Shown here: positions 1 through 8,525 of the stretch, one piece after another
Layout: the number at the start of each line of letters is the position of its first letter
Numbering within the stretch: the stretch's first letter is position 1
Assembly: GCA_963990675.1 (NCBI GenBank)
Contig: CAXDNN010000001.1
Coordinates: 1 to 54,984 of the forward strand
From: an uncultured Synechococcus sp.
GTDB taxonomy: Bacteria; Cyanobacteriota; Cyanobacteriia; PCC-6307; Cyanobiaceae
Reading direction: 5' to 3'
DNA: 54,984 bases
Translations under genes and position numbers: made by a program
The notes under the pieces: model-generated
Databases searched by the model: none
The model's input: only the letters and a program-made list of their open reading frames with translations
What the model was told of the DNA's origin: nothing

Positions 1-61
1 GCGACCACCGAGATCTACACCTAAGCCTTCGTCGGCAGCGTCAGATGTGTATAAGAGACAG
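1..61 (+). other. Illumina Nextera P5/i5 adapter remnant (sequencing artefact)
   Basis: GCGACCACCGAGATCTACAC (P5 end), 8-nt index CTAAGCCT, TCGTCGGCAGCGTC, then the Tn5 mosaic end AGATGTGTATAAGAGACAG. Confidence 0.99.
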
Positions 62-385
62 GATAAAAAGAGACTCTCCCCAACCAGGATGGGCGCAGAT
101 GAGATCCGGATTGAAACCTTGGCCCTTCAACTGTTGCGCAGCATCAGCACAAGCCTCAGCCCGAATCACCTTACTTTCGGTTTCCATCACGAGCGGATGG
201 ACCCCTTCCCCATTCCCCCTTCGGAGCGGATAACGAAAATACTTTAGATCCGATGGCAACTCACGACTTTGATCCAACTGATTAATACCTAGAGCGACTA
301 GTTGATGGCCACCTTGATGACTTAAACGCTGAACAATATGAACATACTGTCCAGGAAAATTCTGATGTATAAATAAGATCTTCAT
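62..385 (-). CDS. Glycosyltransferase (GT4-like, T1SS-associated type), N-terminal part only, cut by the contig end
   Basis: MKILFIHQNFPGQY...PDLICAHPGWGESLF N-terminal motifs. The apparent C-terminus LSLIHI is translated adapter. Confidence 0.85.
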
Positions 386-390
386 GCAAT

Positions 391-1581
391 TTAGAGCCTC
401 TGCAAAGACTCAGCCTTATCCTGAAACTCACCCAGCAACAACTGCAGATAGGACACCTTGCGTAGCTTGATATTGGCCGTGAGACTCATACCAACCTGAA
501 GTGGAAGCTTCGCACCACTTTTCATCTGTAATTGCTGTTGTGTCAGCTTGACTGTGACTGGATAGCTCAACTCCTGGCGTTGCTCCTGGGGATCAGGGGC
601 CAAAGCATCGGATCCAATTCGCGTGACTTTGCCCTGCAAAACACCGAAATCAGTGGCCGGATAGGAATCAATGCTGATATCTGCATTCATACAATCAGCA
701 AGCTGTTTCGGGCATCCGAGAGGAACTTTCACGAAGCCAATTTTGTTGCTCGGCACTTCAACGTTTGCTTCCAAAGAACCAAAAGGCACCACCTTCATCA
801 CCGTCTCGGTGGACTGGGCTGTGTAGCCAGCCGAGGTGGGCTTCAAATCAAACACAACACCATCCAGTGGCGATTTCAATTGTTGATAGCGCAACGTCAC
901 CCTGGCCTCAGCCAACCGACTGCTGATATCGGCGACCTCCGAATTAAGTTGAGCCATCTGCTGATCCAAGAGGGCCAGCTGTCGAAGCCGGTCGGCCCTG
1001 GTCTGCATCAAGCGACCACGGGTTTCCTCAACTGTGTTCTTCTGGGTGAGGAGCTGCACTTCTGAAAAGGCACCAGCGGCCTTTAACTGGATATAACGAG
1101 AAAGAATTTCAGTCTGCAGTGCCAAATTATTTTCCAACATTTGAACTTCAGCATTATTCACCTGCTCATATCTTTGGCGCTCCATCTGCTTGAGATTGAG
1201 CTGTTCTCGCTTCAATTTCATCGAGGTTTCCAAACTTTTTCGTTGCTGCTCACTCGCTTCGGTATCGAGTTTCATCAAAACCTGACCGGCCTTCACCGAG
1301 TCTCCTTCCTTCACCAAAATCTCCTCAACAACCCCTCCCACGGGCATCTGAATATTTTGGACAGAATCGATAGGCTCCAGCTGACCCTTGGCCACAACGA
1401 TCTCTTCCGTACGGGCTAAGGCCAACCAACCCACGCCAAAGACAGTCGTCCCAATCAAAGTCCAGGTAACGGTTCGCATCCAGAACCGTCCCTGCTGCAA
1501 CACAGATTCGTCGAAGTTCGTTACACCTTGCTGAATATCATCAGTGGCTGGAGCAAGAGATTTAAAAGGATTGAACTTCAT
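391..1581 (-). CDS. HlyD-family type I secretion membrane fusion protein
   Basis: One N-terminal TM segment, lipoyl half-motifs (GGVVEEILVKEGDSVKAGQVL / LKSPLDGVV), coiled coil, C-terminal LQVGMSLTANIK. ATG at 1581 is preferred over TTG at 1587. Confidence 0.93.
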   Translation of the reverse strand: MKFNPFKSLAPATDDIQQGVTNFDESVLQQGRFWMRTVTWTLIGTTVFGVGWLALARTEEIVVAKGQLEPIDSVQNIQMPVGGVVEEILVKEGDSVKAGQVLMKLDTEASEQQRKSLETSMKLKREQLNLKQMERQRYEQVNNAEVQMLENNLALQTEILSRYIQLKAAGAFSEVQLLTQKNTVEETRGRLMQTRADRLRQLALLDQQMAQLNSEVADISSRLAEARVTLRYQQLKSPLDGVVFDLKPTSAGYTAQSTETVMKVVPFGSLEANVEVPSNKIGFVKVPLGCPKQLADCMNADISIDSYPATDFGVLQGKVTRIGSDALAPDPQEQRQELSYPVTVKLTQQQLQMKSGAKLPLQVGMSLTANIKLRKVSYLQLLLGEFQDKAESLQRL

Positions 1582-1583
1582 GA

Positions 1584-4502
1584 TCAAACACTCTCCTGCT
1601 GGCGATAAAGAGCAAAATAACGCCCACGATGTTTCATTAGATCGTCGTGAGAGCCCACCTCAACAACGGCGCCTTGGTGCATCATCAGAATGATGTCGGC
1701 CTGACGAATCGTTGAAAGACGATGGGTAATGAAAAAGACTGTTTGCTCCTTCAGGCTGCCATGCAAGTTGTCGCAAACCTTGCGCTCTGTTTCATAATCA
1801 AGAGCACTCGTCGCCTCATCCATCACCAATAATTTGGGGTTACTCAACAACGTTCTTGCAATGGCCACTCGCTGGCGCTGCCCTCCCGAAAGATTGGCCC
1901 CACGCTCGCCGACGGGTGTGCTGTAACCACTTGGTAATTCCATGATGAAATCATGGGCATTCGCAAGACGTGCTGCCCGCACAATCTCTTCGCTCGATAC
2001 ATCCGGATTCGTGAGTGCAATGTTTTCACTCACCGTGCCACTAAACAGCAATGGATCCTGGGGAACAATACCAATTTGACGACGAAGTGAATACAACTCC
2101 ACCTTAGAAATATCATAACCATCAATCAAAATGCGTCCTCTATCAGGCTCATAAAGCCTTGGAAGAAGTTTCATCAGTGTGCTCTTTCCGCTTCCACTCT
2201 GCCCAACAATTCCAACAAAGGTTCCAGCCTTGACTTCCAGATTGATATCTTTTAAGACTTCAGGTTGCCCGGGTCTAAATCGGAAGGTTAGATCTTCAAA
2301 TCGAACCTGGCCTTGGAGCGGAGGGAGCATGACCTTGGTTTTGTCGACCTCATCCGACTCCTCAGGAGTATCAATCACATCGGCGAGTCGTTCAAAACTA
2401 ATTCTCAATTCCTGAATGCTCTGCCAAATCGTGGAAAGACGCAGCAAAGGCTGGGTGACATATCCGGAGATAATCCGGAAAGCAATTAATTGTCCAAGGG
2501 TTAAATCCCCATTCAGAACCATCGAGGCACCGATCCACAACACCATTAACTGGGAGATCTTTTGAAGCACTTGGCTGGTCTGATTGAGAGCCGTGCCAGT
2601 GATCGTTTTCTCAAAGGTACGAGCGATGTAATTGGAATAAAACTCCTGCCAACGCCAACGGCTCACCATTTCGACGTTCTGTGCTTTCACCGTTTGGATC
2701 CCTGTGAGCACCTCCACCAAATGGCTCTGGGTCTTGGCGTTCTCCTCTGCCGCGGCCCGGTATTGCCGGCGAAACAATGGTGCCCCAAGAAGAGTGAGAC
2801 CAATCTGAATCGGCAGCACCGAAAGGGCAATCAAGGTGAGCAGCCAGCTGTACACCACCATCACCAGGATGTAGATCACCGAAAAAGCAGCGTCGAGAAT
2901 CGTTGTCAAAGCTTGACCAGTCAAGAAATTCCGAATCTTTTCCAGCTCTGCCACACGCGTCCCCAACTCTCCGACGGGACGACGATCGAAATACCCCAAT
3001 GGCAAGCGCAGGAGGTGATCAATCACTTCGGCACCAAGGCGCTGATCAATGCGATTGGTGGTTTCTGCGAACAAAAATGTTTTCAGACCCCCTAAAACAC
3101 CCTCAAGAATGGTGACAACTACCAGTGCAATTCCCAGAACTTGAAGGGTGTCAAGACTGCGCTGAGTGATGACCTTATCGATGATGACCTGAATCAATAG
3201 AGGGTTGGCCAGGGTGAACAGCTGAACCACAAAACTGGCCGCCAAAACCTGAATCAAGACGCTGCGATAGCGCTTGAGTGCGGGCCAAAACCAACCAGGT
3301 CCAAACTTCTGATCGGGCGTGGCATTCGACCGGTCCATCAGAAGCAGGTCGATGCCCTCCGGAAAACTCGCTTGAAGCTCCTGCGGGTCAAGCGCAACCA
3401 AACCATGCTTCGGCGACGCCAGTCGTAACCCCGTCTCATTGCTGGCCACCACCAAGGCGAAGCCGCCTTGCCATGGCAACAGGGACGGCACTTGCAAGCG
3501 AGTGCCAGCCACCGCAGGCACCTTGGCCGCCATCACATGCAGACCCAGACTGGCCGCCAACTGGCCACAGAGCTGCAAATTCGGCGTCAGGCCGCGACGA
3601 ATGGTGTCTTGAAGGACTTTTTCGATCGAATCCCGACGGAATGGCAACTTCATCAGCTGCGAGAGCATCTGAAAACAGGCGAGCGTCTCCGGCAGGGGAC
3701 CGTCGGCGCGAATCAGATGCAGGCTGTCCACCACATTGCGCTCTGGACTGAAGCGGCTGACAGGGGGCAGAAGTTCCGCCGACTCCACCGCATCCGAGTG
3801 CACAAGAGGGGCGGCTGGGGAATCCTCCCCGTCAAGGGCCTCCGGAGCAGCCAAGGCCACCAAACGCAACGCAAAGCGGTCACTTTCGGGCAAAACAGTT
3901 GCGGCATCAAGTTGCTGACCGACCCGCGCCTCACCCCAACAGCTGGTGACGTACACCAACTGACCAGCGGCAATCGCCGCCTCCACCGCTTCCGGCATGG
4001 GGGCACAGTGCTGAGCCCCCTGCAATGCCTGCTCCAGTTGCGCCAACGGAGATTCGTCCGCATCAGCTGATCCCCGATCCAGCTGTTCCAGAAGTTGCAG
4101 CAATTCCTGGGGCCACACTTGTTGGTCACACCAGGAGCGAAACGACTCTTCTGACGCGTACAACTCGGACCAAACCTCATCCGCAATCGCACAAGCGACT
4201 ACATCATCAGAAGCAATGACGTTTTCACAGGCCGATCCTGTTAGGAGACTTGCCGCTCCAATGACGCTGCCCGGGCCAAATTTGCCCACCGTGGTCAGTC
4301 GTCCCATTTGTCGCCCCACCAATCGGGCTTGGCCACTCAGCAGCACAAGCACCCGTGCGGGGATCACCTCGGCATCGCACATTTGCTGGCCGAGTTCAAA
4401 CTTCAACAGGCGCATCGCCTTTTGAAGGTCGTTGGCCCCCGTTTCACTCAACCCTTTAAAGGCTGGATGGGTCAGCAATGGGAAGGATGAAGCCTGGGTC
4501 AT
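1584..4502 (-). CDS. HlyB-type type I secretion ABC transporter with N-terminal cNMP-binding-like and C39-like domains
   Basis: Walker A GQSGSGKST, signature LSGGQRQR, Walker B LLVMDEATSALD, 6-TM domain, N-terminal extension with GPGSVIG cNMP-like motif. Confidence 0.93.
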   Translation of the reverse strand: MTQASSFPLLTHPAFKGLSETGANDLQKAMRLLKFELGQQMCDAEVIPARVLVLLSGQARLVGRQMGRLTTVGKFGPGSVIGAASLLTGSACENVIASDDVVACAIADEVWSELYASEESFRSWCDQQVWPQELLQLLEQLDRGSADADESPLAQLEQALQGAQHCAPMPEAVEAAIAAGQLVYVTSCWGEARVGQQLDAATVLPESDRFALRLVALAAPEALDGEDSPAAPLVHSDAVESAELLPPVSRFSPERNVVDSLHLIRADGPLPETLACFQMLSQLMKLPFRRDSIEKVLQDTIRRGLTPNLQLCGQLAASLGLHVMAAKVPAVAGTRLQVPSLLPWQGGFALVVASNETGLRLASPKHGLVALDPQELQASFPEGIDLLLMDRSNATPDQKFGPGWFWPALKRYRSVLIQVLAASFVVQLFTLANPLLIQVIIDKVITQRSLDTLQVLGIALVVVTILEGVLGGLKTFLFAETTNRIDQRLGAEVIDHLLRLPLGYFDRRPVGELGTRVAELEKIRNFLTGQALTTILDAAFSVIYILVMVVYSWLLTLIALSVLPIQIGLTLLGAPLFRRQYRAAAEENAKTQSHLVEVLTGIQTVKAQNVEMVSRWRWQEFYSNYIARTFEKTITGTALNQTSQVLQKISQLMVLWIGASMVLNGDLTLGQLIAFRIISGYVTQPLLRLSTIWQSIQELRISFERLADVIDTPEESDEVDKTKVMLPPLQGQVRFEDLTFRFRPGQPEVLKDINLEVKAGTFVGIVGQSGSGKSTLMKLLPRLYEPDRGRILIDGYDISKVELYSLRRQIGIVPQDPLLFSGTVSENIALTNPDVSSEEIVRAARLANAHDFIMELPSGYSTPVGERGANLSGGQRQRVAIARTLLSNPKLLVMDEATSALDYETERKVCDNLHGSLKEQTVFFITHRLSTIRQADIILMMHQGAVVEVGSHDDLMKHRGRYFALYRQQESV

Positions 4503-5302
4503 TGAGAAATACTGAAGTCACTGAACGCCGTCGTCGGCTCCGAATCGTTGGATTCGCCTGGCTCATGCGATGCGATCTGCAGTTGGTCAAGGCACCAATC
4601 GGTCTGCTCGCTCACCCAGTCATCAAATATTTCCCGACACATTTGGTCTGAGACGTCATCTGTGAAGGTGGCCGGCGAGTAGCGCTCCAACCGAACCACT
4701 AACCACCAATCAGAAATCTTGAAGGGCTCAAGAAGAACCCCCGGCTGAGAAACCCGCAATTTCTCGACTAGGTCAGGATGAGCCTGTGTGAGGGACACGG
4801 GGCCAACAATGCCGTTGGTGTTGCGCTCCGGCCCCTCGGCATAACGTTTAGCCAAATCGGCGAAGTTGGACTCCCCCGATTCAATTTGCAGATACAACTC
4901 TCGCGCAAGAAAACTATTCTCCAGTCGCAGCAGGCTGTACACCACCTGATCAAGCTCGTGTTTACGGTCTAAAAACCGCGCTTCCGCCTTCGCGGAAAAT
5001 TGTTGACGCATCAAGGACTGGCGCCGAATCACACCGGCCAATCGATCCACAACCTCTTGATTGGAACGCCCGATCTCATTCAAGAGCTCAGACCATTGAT
5101 CGAGCCGCTCATACCCCCGTTGTTCCAAGAGCTCCAAACGGGCCTGATCGAGCTCTTCATCAGAGACCTCAACATCGGCAAGAACGCTCTGCGTCACCAT
5201 TTGCTCCACCAGAGGACGGAGCAAATCAAAGCGTTGCAAAAGAGCACGGCCTTCCTCCCCAATCACTCGCTTTAAATCAGGCAAGACCTGAGGGCAATTC
5301 AC
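4499..5302 (-). CDS. Parvulin/PpiC-type peptidyl-prolyl isomerase associated with T1SS
   Basis: LDQVVYSLLR...ARELYLQIESGESNFADLAKRYAEGPER..NG.VGP rotamase motifs. 4-bp overlap with the HlyB start. GTG start is uncertain. Confidence 0.85.
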   Translation of the reverse strand: MNCPQVLPDLKRVIGEEGRALLQRFDLLRPLVEQMVTQSVLADVEVSDEELDQARLELLEQRGYERLDQWSELLNEIGRSNQEVVDRLAGVIRRQSLMRQQFSAKAEARFLDRKHELDQVVYSLLRLENSFLARELYLQIESGESNFADLAKRYAEGPERNTNGIVGPVSLTQAHPDLVEKLRVSQPGVLLEPFKISDWWLVVRLERYSPATFTDDVSDQMCREIFDDWVSEQTDWCLDQLQIASHEPGESNDSEPTTAFSDFSISQ

Positions 5303-5403
5303 GCGTCAGTCATCAGTGAACGAAAAATAGGGGCGTTAACGCGCGTTGACTGAAGTTATTGAGAGGTCCTTCAGAATCAAACTCCTTACGGAGCTTCTGC
5401 ACC

Positions 5404-6438
5404 ATGTCTCGCCGCGTCCTGATTACTGGTGGCGCCGGCTTCATCGGGAGCCACACCGCTCTTGTTCTGCTGCAGCAGGGGTATGAGCTGGTGGTTCTCG
5501 ACAACTTCGACAACAGCAGCCCCGAGGCTCTGAAACGCGTGAAGGAGCTCGCAGGCTCCAATGCATTGGATCTTGTCGAGGGGGATGTCCGTGATTTAAA
5601 CGCGGTGAATCGCGCTTTTGATTGTGGTGGTCCCATTGATGGCGTCATTCACTTCGCCGGTCTCAAGGCCGTGGGTGAATCCGTGGCCAACCCACTGCGG
5701 TACTGGGATGTGAATCTCAATGGCAGCAGGGTTCTGGCTAGCGCAATGGAGCAGCACCAGTGCCGCACCCTCGTCTTCAGCAGCACGTCCACCGTGTATG
5801 GGGAGCCTGAGGTTTTTCCACTCCACGAGGAGATGCCAACAGCACCCGTACACCCTTATGCCCAAACCAAGTTGGCCGTTGAGCAGTTGCTGGGTGCCCT
5901 CTGTCGTGCTGGGGACTGGCGGGTGGCCTGTTTGCGCTACTTCAACCCCGTCGGAGCCCACCCCAGTGGACGAATTGGGGAAGACCCCCTCGGCATTCCC
6001 AATAACTTATTTCCGTTCATAACCCAAGTCGCGGCGGGCCGACGCGACAAACTCCGGATCTTTGGCCAGGACTACCCAACGCACGATGGCACCGGCATCC
6101 GTGACTACTTACACGTGATGGACCTCGCCGAAGCCCATAGCGTCACCTTGGGTCACCTCTTCCAATCCACAGCCCCTCACGAACTCACGCTGAACATCGG
6201 TACCGGCTGCGGACTCAGCGTTCTCGACGTTGTGCACGGCTTTGAACAAGCAACAGGCCTTCCGATTCCCTACGAGGTGGTGGAACGACGGCCAGGAGAT
6301 GTGCCCAAGCTGGAAGGGTGTCCTCAAAGAGCCAAAGACATTTTGGACTGGAGCGCCAAGCGGGATCTTGCACAGATGTGTCGCGATGGCTGGGCTTGGC
6401 AACAGGCCAATCCGCTGGGGTACCGCAGCGTCCGATGA
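5404..6438 (+). CDS. galE: UDP-glucose 4-epimerase
   Basis: TGGAGFIGSH, HFAGLKAVGES, YAQTK, LRYFNPVGAH, TGIRDYLHVMDLA. Confidence 0.96.
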   Translation: MSRRVLITGGAGFIGSHTALVLLQQGYELVVLDNFDNSSPEALKRVKELAGSNALDLVEGDVRDLNAVNRAFDCGGPIDGVIHFAGLKAVGESVANPLRYWDVNLNGSRVLASAMEQHQCRTLVFSSTSTVYGEPEVFPLHEEMPTAPVHPYAQTKLAVEQLLGALCRAGDWRVACLRYFNPVGAHPSGRIGEDPLGIPNNLFPFITQVAAGRRDKLRIFGQDYPTHDGTGIRDYLHVMDLAEAHSVTLGHLFQSTAPHELTLNIGTGCGLSVLDVVHGFEQATGLPIPYEVVERRPGDVPKLEGCPQRAKDILDWSAKRDLAQMCRDGWAWQQANPLGYRSVR

Positions 6439-8525
6439 CCCCATCGGGACCTCTCCTCCTCGCTGGAGGAGGACACAGCCATGCTCTTCTGCTCAAACGC
6501 TGGGCGATGACTCCGCGGTTGCGGCCAAAACGCGGGGTTGTCCTCGTAAATCGGCATCCCACGGCCTTGTATTCAGGCATGGTCCCCGGCCTGATCGCCG
6601 GGATCTATCGGCGGGACGAGCTGAGCATCAATCTGCCGCATCTCTGCGATCGAGCTGGGGTGGCCTTTGTACAGGCCGAAATCATTGGTGTTGATTCCCA
6701 ACGTCAACATCTCCTTCTTCACGGCCGGCCGTCCTTGCGCTTCGGTGTGCTCAGCCTTGATGTAGGGGCGGTCACGCGCAACGCCAACAACCTTTCTGGT
6801 GTTCCAATCAAACCGCTGGAAGAGGCCCTTCAGTTTTTGTCGAGGCAAGACCCTGAAGACGCCGAACCCTTTCGCCTCATTGGTGCAGGAGCGGCCGGCA
6901 TCGAAGTAGCCCTAGCTCTGCGAAGGCGTTGGCCACGTCGCGCACTGGAATTACAGATCCGTGCAGGCCAACTCGACGGCACCACCAAGTCGATCCTCCG
7001 TCGCGCTCAAATTCACTGCGTCACCGACGCCAGTCACCACCCCACACTCCTCTGCACAGGGAGTCGCGCCCCGTCTTGGCTGGCTGACAGTGGATTTGCA
7101 GTGGATGACGACGGACGCGTGTTGACCAATCCCTTCCTTCAGATTGAGGGATCCCCCCATCTTTTTGCGAGCGGCGATTGCGCCGTCATGGAGTCCCAAC
7201 CGCGGCCCGCCTCCGGGGTGTGGGCTGTGCGTTCCGCCGTGCCCTTAGCCCAGAACCTAGAGGCGTTCTGCAACGGTCAAGGCGTGAAGCGATGGACACC
7301 ACAACGCCTTGCCCTGCAGTTGATTGGGACCGGCAACAACATGGCCTGGATGCAGCGAGGCCGTGCACGCACAGGGCCATTCACGCTGCTCTGGACCCTG
7401 AAACAAAAACTCGATCGCTCTTTTATGGCTGGCTTGACCCCACAAGCCTCCATGGCATCAACCGAACCGATGGCCTGCCGTGGCTGTGCGGCCAAGCTGC
7501 CCGCACGCCCCCTGAACGCGGCGTTATCGCAGGCGGGTCTCCAAACCCAACCGGAAGATGCCGCGAACCTCGGCGGAACACCAGCGCTGCTGCAAAGCGT
7601 GGATGGCTTTCCAGCACTGGTGAGTGATCCCTGGCTCAATGGTCGACTCACCACCCTGCATGCCTGCTCCGATCTCTGGGCTTGTGGGGCCACGGTGACC
7701 AGTGCGATGGCCGTCGTCACCTTGCCGTCCATCCACCCCACCGAACAGCAGGAGCTGCTCCATCAAACCCTGGCGGGCGTTCAGTCGGTCTTGGTCGAAC
7801 AGGGAGCGTCGCTGATCGGGGGACACACCTTGGAGTCGCGCGGTTCCACACCATCCCCGACCACCCTGGGATTGCAAGTGACCCTCAGCGTGAACGGCCA
7901 AAGTTCAATGCCATGGTCCAAAGGGGGGATTGAGCCTGGTGATGCGCTCCTGCTGAGCCGTCCACTTGGAGTTGGTGTGCTCTTCGCCGCCGCCATGGCG
8001 GGAGTCGCCAAGCCCAAGGATGTGCAAGCGGCCCTGCGCATGATGAACGAAAGCCAACATCACTTGGTGGCTGCGTTGCAGAAGCATGGAGCCGACATCC
8101 ATGCCTGTACCGACGTAACTGGCTTTGGATTGCTTGGACATCTCGGCGAGATGGTGCAGGGAAGCAAGCCCGTCACCATTCAGCTTTGGCCCAATTGCAT
8201 TCCAGCTCATCCAGGTGCGCTGGACCTCCTCGAACAGGGACTGGCCAGCAGCCTGGCCCCCGCCAATCGAGACGCCTGGAGCTGGCTTGAGGGGCCCGTT
8301 CAACTCAACGAATCACCATCCCAAGCCTGCCTTGAACTGCTGGTGGACCCACAAACCTGTGGGCCACTCCTCGTGGCCTGCACAGCAACAGCTGCTGAAC
8401 GTCTTACAGCGAAGGATTCAGCTTGGATCCAAGTTGGCACTGCAGAATCCGGCCATGGCTCAGCCCTTTTGAACGGTCGACGCAGCGATAGCCCACCTGC
8501 TCAACCTCCTGCTGCATCGGTTTGA
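6435..8525 (+). CDS. selD: Selenide,water dikinase fused to an N-terminal FAD-dependent (NADH dehydrogenase-like) oxidoreductase domain
   Basis: N-terminal AGGGHSH, GAGAAGIE and FASGDCA. C-terminal CRGCAAK, EDAA, QSVDGF, GGHT, TDVTGFGLLGHL and DPQTCGPLL. ATG overlaps the galE stop (ATGA). Confidence 0.92.
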   Translation: MTPSGPLLLAGGGHSHALLLKRWAMTPRLRPKRGVVLVNRHPTALYSGMVPGLIAGIYRRDELSINLPHLCDRAGVAFVQAEIIGVDSQRQHLLLHGRPSLRFGVLSLDVGAVTRNANNLSGVPIKPLEEALQFLSRQDPEDAEPFRLIGAGAAGIEVALALRRRWPRRALELQIRAGQLDGTTKSILRRAQIHCVTDASHHPTLLCTGSRAPSWLADSGFAVDDDGRVLTNPFLQIEGSPHLFASGDCAVMESQPRPASGVWAVRSAVPLAQNLEAFCNGQGVKRWTPQRLALQLIGTGNNMAWMQRGRARTGPFTLLWTLKQKLDRSFMAGLTPQASMASTEPMACRGCAAKLPARPLNAALSQAGLQTQPEDAANLGGTPALLQSVDGFPALVSDPWLNGRLTTLHACSDLWACGATVTSAMAVVTLPSIHPTEQQELLHQTLAGVQSVLVEQGASLIGGHTLESRGSTPSPTTLGLQVTLSVNGQSSMPWSKGGIEPGDALLLSRPLGVGVLFAAAMAGVAKPKDVQAALRMMNESQHHLVAALQKHGADIHACTDVTGFGLLGHLGEMVQGSKPVTIQLWPNCIPAHPGALDLLEQGLASSLAPANRDAWSWLEGPVQLNESPSQACLELLVDPQTCGPLLVACTATAAERLTAKDSAWIQVGTAESGHGSALLNGRRSDSPPAQPPAASV

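Noticed and set aside
5299-5353. Mini-ORF ATG ACT GAC GCG TGA overlapping the parvulin GTG start, and palindrome AACGCGCGTT
   Set aside because: Could reflect a 1-nt indel or coupling, but cannot be told from chance without homolog alignment
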